Translations under genes and position numbers: made by a program
In this document: in pieces, positions 52,615 to 64,000 of the stretch
How positions within the stretch are numbered: position 1 is the first letter of the stretch
How the letters are laid out: each line of letters begins with the position of its first letter
The notes under the pieces: generated by a model
The model's database searches: none
Seen by the model: only the letters and a program-made list of their open reading frames with translations
Told to the model about the DNA's origin: nothing
Origin: Octopus vulgaris
Taxonomy: Eukaryota
Assembly (NCBI GenBank): GCA_951406725.2
Contig: OX597827.1
Coordinates: 49,228,001 to 49,292,000 of the forward strand
Length of the DNA stretch: 64,000 bases
Direction of reading: 5' to 3'

Positions 52615-53450
52615 ACAGGGTACGTAAGATATTCGAGGACAGATTTATAAAACAGATATAAAATAATAGATAACATTATTTATCAAAAAAAATGTTGAGG
52701 ATAAAAATAAACCTTTTCCATAATGTTATTCAGTAAAGCCACCTTCAGATTCAACAACTACTTCTATACGAGATATAAATAATCTCCATGCTCGAATCAA
52801 GTGCTCCTGGTTCATTTTTGACATTACTATGACTGACAGCTTTCAAAGAATCTTTGGTTTTATGGGCGTGTTCATTGACTTCTCTCTCAAAAATGTTCCA
52901 CATATAATAGTCCAATGGATGGAGATCTGAGGAACTAGGAAGCCAAATGTTACGGGTTGTGTGATCATGAAAATTTTCAGCCAGCCATTTCTGTATTAGT
53001 AGAGCCATTTATGATAGTGCAGAGTCTTACTGAAACATATATGGCCACTGTCTATCCAGGGCTTAACAAATGTTTCCAGGACCTCAATGTAGGCGGTAGA
53101 GCTAACTCTAAGGCCTTGTGGAAAGAAGTAAGGAGGCATCATATGTCCTTCATTGCTGACAACCCCTAAAACCATGACAGTTGCAGGAAATTTTGTGTGT
53201 ATAACACTTAGAACTTCAGAAGGGTCTGCACATAGCTATCTGTCATTTCTTCTGTTAACTTTTTATCTTGGTCGAAGTTTTTCTCGTTTGCGGAAAACCA
53301 AATTAAATCTAGATTTTTCAGTTTGTTTAAGAATCTTTCAGATCTCATGTAATGATTTTCTTTTGCTTTTTCTGACAAATTGGCCTTTCTTCATCATATA
53401 AGATATATATCTGATGTCTTCGTGGACAACATTTCTGACTGTTCCTTCCC
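52615..53450 (-). mobile_element. maT (DD37D) transposase pseudogene
   Basis: FQ*DSALS*MALLIQKWLAENFHDHTTRNIWLPSSSDLHPLDYYMW has 37 residues between the 2nd and 3rd catalytic D; upstream VRNVVHEDI. Confidence 0.85.
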
Positions 53451-54865
53451 ATAGAAACACAATGCTGATTAATGAAACATTATAATGCAATAGTTAGGAT
53501 GGGTAGACTTTTTCTTGGTCAGTATATTAGTATATTTAATATAAATCAGTATATACAATCACATGGTTTTTAATCATTTTCATTGCAGTAATTTCCTAAT
53601 TATTACTTCTTAATTACTTTTAATTATATATAGTATTTTCTTAATTTTTTAAATAATTCTTTAAATATATTAATATTATTTTTATTAGTTTAATTATTTT
53701 TTGAAATAATTTATAACTATAATTTTTTTAATTATCTTTGAATTTTTAATTTTATTTTAAATTTAATTTTAAATTTAATTTTTTAAAAACTTTTAATGAA
53801 ATATATATATATATTTCTACGTAGGATTAGCTTACGATATACTTCATAATCTAATTAAATGACAAGAATCAATTACAGTAATCTGATTTAATTTAGTCTC
53901 CTTATTTAGAACTTTATTTTCATATCTTACAATTGCTTTATCTGATGTATCTTGCCTTCATTTGGAATATAATTATTCATAGGAAATTATAGTTTTCTTA
54001 CTTGAAATACTCTCCCTAATGAATACCATCTTTAATATTTTTCCTTTACAATTCTCATTAATCCAGCTTGTGTTATTCTATTCTCTTTGTTCTTATATAG
54101 GTGTTCATGTATGTGTATATGTTTTTGTATATATGCATCTATATACATGCATATATATGTACGTATGTGTATATATACATATATATATATATGTGCATGT
54201 GTAAGTATATTTGTGTATGTATATGTATTTCTGTATATGTATATATATATATATATAATTATATTCGTGTGTAAGTGAATGAGCGGAACAAGAAAGTACC
54301 ACTCATGACATTTCATCATAGCTATATGTATTTCAGAATATATTGACTTAAATCTACGTTATTGTAAGATTCTTGGGCGCATAACACGTCCATCTCATTA
54401 GATGTTCGGAGGCTCTGTCTCAGGACATGTCATGGGATACAGAAATCTTATGTCCACGAAACGTTAAATAATCGACCAACATGTGTCCCCGCTACCGAAA
54501 CGGTAATTATTTCTACGCCAGCTATGTTGTTGTTGTTTTTGTCTCATTTGGTCTAAAGTCGTATGACAACCATCGTTATATATATTTTGTTTATTCATTA
54601 CTGTTTTCAATTTCGTTTTCGTCTCTTGTATTTACATCCGTCTTGTGCGTTCACATTCCTGTCTTCTACCAAGAAATCTAATGCTTACAGCTTAGTTTTT
54701 TTTCTTGGGGCTGGCCGAGTTGGAGCAAATATCAGAATTGAACAGCCGAAATTTGCTATGATGATTCGGTGTCTGACTGAAGATTGAAGGCTTCGAATGA
54801 TTTGTCTGTGTTCCGTGTTCGTCCCTTCCTGTATTTCACGTTCATTATATATAAAAACATTCATT

Positions 54866-54897
<32 letters not shown>

Positions 54898-54898
<1 letters not shown>

Positions 54899-55061
54899 TA
54901 CATGCATTTTTTCTCTCCTTGTTTTTTTCAGTGTATCTTTCTGTCGAAGAGCGTAGGCTCGAAACGTAAAAGACTTTTTCTATTCCTGAGCGTTATACTA
55001 ATACATTTGCTTGTTTGTGCTCCACCTGCCTTCGTCTTTTGTTTATTTTCGTAAACTTTCT

Positions 55062-55065
<4 letters not shown>
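54898..55065 (+). mobile_element. Hammerhead-bearing mini-element (CUGUCGA family) between two (TA)n tracts
   Basis: Homologous to 23752-23932 and 49641-49880. Confidence 0.8.
54936..54973 (+). ncRNA. Minimal type I hammerhead, A6U core variant
   Basis: UCUUU-CUGUCGA-A-GAGC-GUAG-GCUC-GAA-ACGU-A-AAAGA: stem I 5 bp, stem II 4 bp, palindromic ACGU, GUA site. Confidence 0.6.
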
Positions 55066-55102
<37 letters not shown>

Positions 55103-55546
55103 GCTTGTTTAATGTATATAGTATATAGTTATGAGCTGCTAATAGTATTATACATTGAGGAAATCAGCTAAGCAGTTTTTAAAACACGCTTAATGCCTCC
55201 AAGTAATCTCAGGCGCTGTTTTCCACTTCGCCTGGAGAATTGGAGAACATCCAATCCAGATTGAACAGCTGTATATTGAAGACTTTGTGCCACTTGTGTT
55301 GATTATACAGCATCTTGCCTTACGGCTCTTCTGTCAAAGAAGACATAACTCTGATTCTTCATTTTTTTTCACCATTCGACATTTTGAACCCATCTTCATT
55401 TCGTTTTTTGATAGTGATTTCGTGTGTTCTATTGACCTGATTTGTTACTTGTATAGGCCATGAGCCCAGAGCCTGTAGATAGATAATTTGGGGACACTAG
55501 GCATGATTTCTTCAATATAATGAACCGATTAGTATTTCTTAAACAT

Positions 55547-55940
55547 AGACGCAAGAGTGGCTGTGTGGTAAGTAGGTTGCTCCCCAACCACATGGTTCTG
55601 GGTTCAGTTCCACTGCGTGGCACCTTGGGCAAGTCTCTTCTACTATATCCTCGGGCCGACCAAAGCCTTGTGACTGGATTTGGTAGACGGAAACTGAAAG
55701 AAACCCATCGTATATATGCATATATATATGTGTGCGTGTGTTTGTGCGTCTGTGTTTGTCCCCCAACATCGCTTGACAACCAATGCTGGTGTGTTTACGA
55801 CCCCGTAACTTAGCAGTTCGGCAAAACAGACCGATAGAATAAATACCCGGCTTACAAAGAATAAGACCTGGGGTCGATTTCCTTGACTAAAGGCGGTGCT
55901 CCAGCATGGACGCAGTCACATAACTGAAACGAGTAAAAGG
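55547..55940 (+). mobile_element. Family A CORE-type SINE, best-preserved copy
   Basis: tRNA-like head GAGTGGCTGTGTGGTAAG...GGGTTCAGTTCCAC; CORE-like GTGGCACCTTGGGCAAGTCTCTT; internal microsatellite; tail GGCGGTGCTCCAGCATGG...ACTGAAACGAGTAAAAG. Confidence 0.92.
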
Positions 55941-56474
55941 GCATAAACTGTACATTAAACAGTATATTTCTATCACCATTTTGTATACACACACACATTT
56001 TGCATACTCTCATACACACAGACTATAATGAGAATATGAAAAAAAAAACATACAATATTTCTGTAAATACTATTCGATATGTGTGTATGTGTGTTTACAT
56101 GATTTATCTGCGTGTATGTATGTGGTGTATGTGTATGTTGCATTTTTTATGTGCACCTGCGTTTTCTCACCTAAGATGTATCGCTATCTAAATGTATGAC
56201 TACCCCCTATGTGGATGTGTTGGTGGGGGTAAATTTGACACACATAATGTTGGAAATTGTTTCGAAGATCTCATGTGTTAATATGACTATCGAAAAATAT
56301 TTGTAGAAAGAGCGGTGGCATTTTGGGAAGATATCGGCTGATAAATAAATTATCACTCTTAGGAACACAAGCATACATTTGCTCAAACACATGCGTACAT
56401 AGAAAAGTATACTCATAAGTCTTTGCACACACAAACATACAAACATACACACACATATATATAAATATTGGTTT

Positions 56475-57951
<1,477 letters not shown>

Positions 57952-58292
57952 GAAATCAAGTGTTTTGACTTCATTTACAAAAGAAACGTGTATATAACAC
58001 TTATGTTATTTTTTACACTAAAAGCTCTTTTCACTCAAAAATATATGTCAGTTTAGAAGTGCCTTATATATACGTGTGTGTATGTGTGTTGGTGTGTTTA
58101 TATATGTATATAAATGTATGTATACAAAGTTTCTTTTAAGCCATTATGAATATGCTAAAGCATGCGTTGAAAAGAATCATACTAAAGAACTTACCGTTGG
58201 GTCGATGTATATATGTATGTTCGAACTGAAATATTTATTCTGAAATGTATTGAAATGTATAAAAACCTTAACCTACCTACACACACACACAC

Positions 58293-58360
<68 letters not shown>

Positions 58361-58723
58361 ATGTATATATATATATATATACACACACTTAACTACAGAA
58401 GTACAATAATGGGAAATGACATTTTTTTTGCTCTCATCATATGAACTACGTTAACCCGAACACTGTAGGTTTCAGGAAAACTATTAACTATTGGAAATAT
58501 ATAAATGAAGAGATGGGAAGGGAAAGAACTTAGACAGCGAGGTAGTAGAGGCAATGAAAGTGTCTCGCAATTTAAGAGTTTGGAAGTGAATTAAATTTAT
58601 CGTTTAGTGGGAAACAATTTGAAACGATATTTTGATAAAATATATTTATATTGGAATTAAAGAATGGCGAATTTAATTGCTTGCCTTTAGAAAAAGTTAC
58701 AGAATTTCAGCTAATTCTTGAGA

Positions 58724-58937
58724 AGTTGTTAGTTGTCGGAGCACTGCATCCTTCAAAACTTCCATGCTTCCTGAGATTCGCCAACACTACACCTGATTTT
58801 CCCCACTCTATACACACGCAAGCATGTATCTGACTCATACACTGTTCGCTTTCCAGACATTTGTACATTACTGCATATACTTTATATGCACTTTTGACAA
58901 GTTGTGGTGCACCTGAGCACTGTGAACAATAATTTCG

Positions 58938-58940
<3 letters not shown>
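58724..58940 (+). mobile_element. CR1 LINE 3' end copy
   Basis: GTTGTTAGTTGTCGGAGCACTGCATCCTTCAAAACTTCC...GGTGCACCTGAGCACTGT..ACAATAATTTC, the reverse complement of 17825-18040. Confidence 0.88.
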
Positions 58941-58979
<39 letters not shown>

Positions 58980-59310
58980 CACCTTAGGTCATGTCTGATC
59001 AAGGGATGCAGCTATAAAGTCATCCTCCGAGGCATAAGTCTGGACCAGGTTGTTTATGGACAGCCAGCAGTCGCCTATGAATACCAGCCTGCCCTCTACA
59101 CATCACCTATTCTATCCAGGGGAAAGGCAAAGACCGATACAGCTTGGCACTAGTAACGTCGCAACTCATTTCCTACAGCTAAGTGAACAGGATCAACTTG
59201 AAATAAAGCGTCCTGCTCAAGAACACAACACACAACCTGGTCTGGGAATCGAACTCACTACCTCATGATTGTGAGCCCAACGCTCTAACCACTTAGCCAT
59301 GGTCCTTCCC
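58980..59310 (-). mobile_element. tRNA-derived SINE (family E)
   Basis: Minus-strand head TGGCTAAGTGGTTAGAGCGTTGGGCTCACAATCATGAGGTAGTGAGTTCGATTCCC with A and B boxes, then GTTGTGTTCTTGAGCAGGACGCTTTA. Confidence 0.85.
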
Positions 59311-59419
59311 TACACACATGACCCGTCCTTGTTTTCTTTGTATCGTCTATCTGGATGTTTTGTTGTCCCTTTTTGTATCACCTAGCTGTCTGGAGATTTT
59401 GCGTTCTTGTCCCATTTTG

Positions 59420-59515
<96 letters not shown>

Positions 59516-59516
<1 letters not shown>

Positions 59517-60004
59517 TATAGAATGCAATAATAATTAATGACACCGCAACAACCTTGCTTAAATGCTGAAAATAAATGCCAAATACGTCAAGCCACTCAA
59601 AATCTTTACTTCAAAATATATACAGGTTGAAATCGGGAAAATTGGACTAACCAAAGATTCACAAAATAATTCAGTTTTATATTGATCAAGTTTTGGATTA
59701 GTTTAACAACTTTTCCTTCGTCAGCAAAACGTACTGAGCAAAACAAATGAAACTATTTATACATACAAATATTCACAAATATATATTCGCATACATACAA
59801 ATATTCACAAATATATATTCGCATCAAAATTATTTCTGGTAGAGTGAATTGTGCCATCTGAATTTTGGTCAATCCACTTTTCCCGATTTTAACATGTGTT
59901 TATCGTAAAGAGAAGATTTTGAGTGGCTCGACGTATTTGGCGTCTATTTTCAGCATATAAGCAGGGTTGCTTCTGTGCCCTTAATTAATATTCTATTCTA
60001 TACA
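59516..60004. mobile_element. Foldback/MITE with ~145 bp imperfect inverted arms
   Basis: Left ...TGCTGAAAATAAATGCCAAATACGTCAAGCCACTCAAAATCTT... and right ...AAGATTTTGAGTGGCTCGACGTATTTGGCGTCTATTTTCAGCA...; internal 32 bp tandem duplication at 59761-59824. Confidence 0.85.
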
Positions 60005-60210
60005 AGAATATATATTTCTATATATGAATTTTACCTAAAGGGATTTTTATATATGTTGGCCACTGATATAATTCATTAATTTCAATGGTTTATCCTTTAT
60101 ATATATATACATATATGTTTCTCTGTGTGTGTGTGCGTGTGTGTAGATATAATGTGTGTATGTATATATAAATATATGTATATATATAATGTATGCATAT
60201 ATATATAATG

Positions 60211-60258
<48 letters not shown>

Positions 60259-60526
60259 CTTTACTGGTAATAGCCGGCTGTAGTTGTAACTGGGCTTCAT
60301 GTACCTTTGCATGTCGTTTAAGCCCTTCTGCCGAATTACACTCTCTCCCACATGCCCGACAGATATGATTAGTAGTACAAGACATTGTAGATCTTTAGCT
60401 GGGTTAAAAAGTCACATTCGATCACAGCACCAGTAACAGTTAAGTTTCGTGCAATGGCCATACTCGATAACGAGGGAGCAGCCATAATATATATATATAT
60501 ATATACATATAATGTATATATATATA

Positions 60527-61410
60527 CACACGATGTGATGGGTAAATTGTCGCCATTTTATATTTTTATTGCGCGCATGCGCATTGTTTTTTTATGGTTT
60601 TGTCGACTATGCAATATAGTAGTGTCAGTTGGGTACCATCTGTGAGTAAAACAGCTCCATGACGCAATTCACCCTGCCAGAAATTTGGGAAATTCTTTGC
60701 TGTACTGCTTGGCATTCGCGCGAGAAGCTCCAATGCGAACATTTCAGAGTGTTCGGGTGTCAATCTGAAGACACGTACTGAGATTGATAAAAATCAAACA
60801 TCCAGTCAACATCATGGTGTTTGGAGTGATTTCTAGTGATGACGACATTATGGCTCCATTTATCTTCCCACACGGCCTGAGACTGAACAGGGAGGCCTAC
60901 ATCAAGTGCCTGGAGCGGAGTAGCGCTGCGCTTCATAAAGAGGGTGGCTGCTGGAAGACCCTATGTGTGACAACAGGACTCTGCACCTTGCCGCACAAGC
61001 AGGAGTACTCACTCATGGCTGTCAGACAGTTTCTGCGACCACATGACCCCTAACATCAGGCCACCTAACTCCCTAGATTGCAACCCTCTTATTATGCTTC
61101 GGGAGCAGTTGAACGAGAGACCAACAAAACTTCTTGTAACACCAAAGATGAACTGAAGGCAAGGATTGTGGCAGCATTCACAAACCCAAAGAAGGTGACT
61201 ATCAAGAAGAGTTGCAGGAGATTCCCAAGTCATCTGGAGACCGTGGTTGAAGCCAATTTGTATTGTATTGTATTTAGATTGTATTGAATAAATTTACTCA
61301 TTAATATTTCAAGATATTTTTATCAAATTTATGTAAATATATCTCTTAAAATGAGACGTCAGTTTTTTTTTATTTCTGCGTAATTTAGACGACAGTTTAT
61401 TCACTGCACC

Positions 61411-61412
<2 letters not shown>
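60527..61412 (+). mobile_element. maT (DD37D) element, internally deleted and frameshifted
   Basis: KHPVNIMVFGVISSDDDIMAPFIFPHGLRLNREAYIKCLE; RPYV*QQDSAPCRTSRSTHSWLSDSFCDHMTPNIRPPNSLDCNPL (37-residue spacing, third D frameshifted); ELKARIVAAF...LETVVEAN. Confidence 0.87.
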
Positions 61413-61507
<95 letters not shown>

Positions 61508-61587
61508 TATAATACATAAATATATATATATATATATACATACACATATATACATGTATACATATATACATGTACACATATACATAT

Positions 61588-61626
<39 letters not shown>

Positions 61627-61698
61627 CATATATACATGTATACATATATACATGTACACATATACATATACACACATATATATATATATATGTATATA

Positions 61699-61731
<33 letters not shown>

Positions 61732-61996
61732 CTGCGTGTGTGTGTGTATACATATGTATATAATTTAGAAAAAAAAATCCATTAAACAATTCAATTATGA
61801 AAGATGTTATTCACATCATATAGAAAACATATACTATAAGAACCTTATTCTAATTGTTTAATAGAGGTTTTTCTCTACATTATTTACATATAGTATATAT
61901 TGTGAAATTTTATTTAGAATTGCTAAATTGAATTTTTCCCTGTAAGTTTGGAATTGTATTCACTACTAGCATATATATATATATATATATATATAT

Positions 61997-62100
61997 ACCG
62001 GAGTAAACACATAAATGTGAAACAAGGTGGAAAAAAGAGAACTCAAATACCAGTGGTAGAGTAATATGCTTTATTTAAAGCAGCAGAAAATTAAACAAAA

Positions 62101-62102
<2 letters not shown>
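61997..62102 (-). mobile_element. Short insertion in (TA)n, probably a retroelement 3' tail
   Basis: 106 bp island between two (TA)n tracts, with minus-strand AATAAA and a T-rich end. Confidence 0.4.
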
Positions 62103-62135
<33 letters not shown>

Positions 62136-62223
62136 GAAAAGTGTATATATATATACACGCACACATCATATATAGCAATAAGGGCGCACTTATATACATA
62201 TAAATACATACATACACGCTTAT

Positions 62224-62266
<43 letters not shown>

Positions 62267-62526
62267 CATGTTCATGCGCTTCGCTACATAGAAATAAGTG
62301 TAAATGCCGACAGCGGATGAAGACCACATTCTGCAAAAGTTTATTGTTTCATGTCACAACCTATTCGCCTGTCTGACCACACATAGACATACGACTAATA
62401 CGTATATCCTGTTAACTAGATTTTACTCTAGCGATTTCTATATATCTGTCAATGCTATATGTTATATATCTATTGAATTATCCCTCTGTGTGTGCATGGA
62501 TGCGTCTGTCGATATATTTATATAAT

Positions 62527-62759
62527 GGCTGTCTATTTTTCTTCCTATATAGCTGTTTTTCTCGTGTGTACCGTTGGCGATTTTTTTCCCTCTGTCTTCC
62601 CTTCTCTGGATCTTTCCTTCTCCTATGTTTCCGACGAAGAGCTCCGCTCGAAACGTTAAACCCTCCTTCTTTCCTTCTTTCCTGAGCGTCCAATAATACT
62701 ATATTTGTTCCACGTCCTCGCGTTGTTGTGTTTTTTTGTGCTTTCTTGTTTGGATTAAC
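62527..62759 (+). mobile_element. Hammerhead-bearing mini-element (CCGACGA family) ending in (TA)n/(TAGA)n
   Basis: Pyrimidine-rich leader, hammerhead, then TTCCTGAGCGT..TAATAC, also seen after the CUGUCGA-family hammerheads. Confidence 0.75.
62627..62661 (+). ncRNA. Minimal type I hammerhead, U4C variant
   Basis: GUUU-CCGACGA-A-GAGC-UCC-GCUC-GAA-ACGU-U-AAAC: stem I GUUU/AAAC, palindromic AACGUU. Confidence 0.68.
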
Positions 62760-62772
62760 TATATATATATAT

Positions 62773-62847
<75 letters not shown>

Positions 62848-64000
62848 TTACTCTCTTCATCTCTATATCAATACATGGTAACATATACATGCACGTACAC
62901 TTGTACTTGAACATAGAAATATAAACATTCACACGTGCACACTCACACATATATACACACATGCACATTTATGCATGATTTCATCTGCACTCAAATCCAC
63001 AGTTTCCCCCAGTTATTAACACCAAAACATATAAATGTATATGCTAGTACGCACATACACATATGTGTGTGTGTATGCATATCTATATGCTTGCACATAT
63101 GTGTATATATATGTGTGTGTGTGTGTGTGTAGATACGCACTCGCTTGTGTGTACGTGCGTGCGTACATCTCTATTCTGTCATACATAGGGACGTAGACTC
63201 AAGCACAAACGTGCGTATATATGCTTATATTTGCTCAGAAACATGCACACACATATTTACGGCTCGTATACATATATACATGTATACGAGTGTTTGTGTT
63301 TATACGCCTTTGAAAAGGAATGAATTTATTGACAATAATAATAAAGATATAGCGTGCATATATGGTAATAATAAAAGGAGTAGGGACTAAACAATAGAGG
63401 GATTTAAAATAATAGCATAAAAGCATAAAATATCTGATATAGAATTTAGAGTGTGCGCTAAATAAGTGTGTGTGTGTGTGTGTGCCTATGGTAAAAACAA
63501 ATGGAAAATACGTATGAAAATTATAAATAAAACTGATAAGAAATTATATATTATAATATGACGAAATGATGGATATACATAGAGTGCTAAAAGAGGTGAT
63601 AATGAGTACCTCTTTCTACTAAAGAAATTTCTCATATTCAATGAAGGTATCCATATCACTATATATATATAATGAGAGAGAGAAGCGACAGAGAAACATG
63701 CAGAAGTTTTGTAGAATAAAAATGAAGATAATGAGTGAGGAATAAAACAGTAATAAAATAGTTTTTTTAAAATTCGTCTTTGTGAAAACGAATATTATGA
63801 AGGTGAGATGTTTCATGTCAGGTTTTATGGGACAATTTTTATAAAATGTGTATATTGTGAAAAGTCTATACAGAAAGAAAAAAAGTAGGCTAAATAGAAA
63901 CCTTTGGAGAATAAATATAAGATCACAATCAATATCAATATGAAGGTTGTTAATTTCCTGATATCTTAAGAAAGAATTATAGTTTATTAAACAAAAATTC

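Noticed and set aside
54415-54505. GAAACGUUA and GAAACGGUA with an upstream stem as hammerheads
   Set aside because: No CUGANGA-like core in the right position.
59230-59310. tRNA gene
   Set aside because: tRNA-like head without a closing acceptor stem, continuing into a SINE body; the same applies to the other SINE heads.

Overview
AT-rich, repeat-dense eukaryotic DNA with no recognisable host protein-coding exon, so probably intergenic or part of a large intron. The SINE families and the (TA)n/(CA)n load look like an octopus (coleoid cephalopod) genome; this is recognition from memory, not a database search. Nearly all ORF-track entries are microsatellite or antisense artefacts. The real coding remnants are all transposons: an uninterrupted Penelope-like (Naiad-type) RT ORF running off the left edge and missing from the ORF track, a decayed second Penelope-like RT, CR1 and R4/Dong LINE fragments, and DD34D mariner and DD37D maT fossils. 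There are also many tRNA-derived SINEs and MITE/foldback elements. The most interesting signal is about 15 whole or partial minimal type-I hammerhead ribozyme motifs in short Penelope-type terminal elements, mostly at (TA)n tracts. Several form divergent inverted pairs, and several have non-canonical cores: a compensatory U3-A8 pair, a family-wide A6U, and U4C. All coordinates were read by eye, so element edges are approximate.
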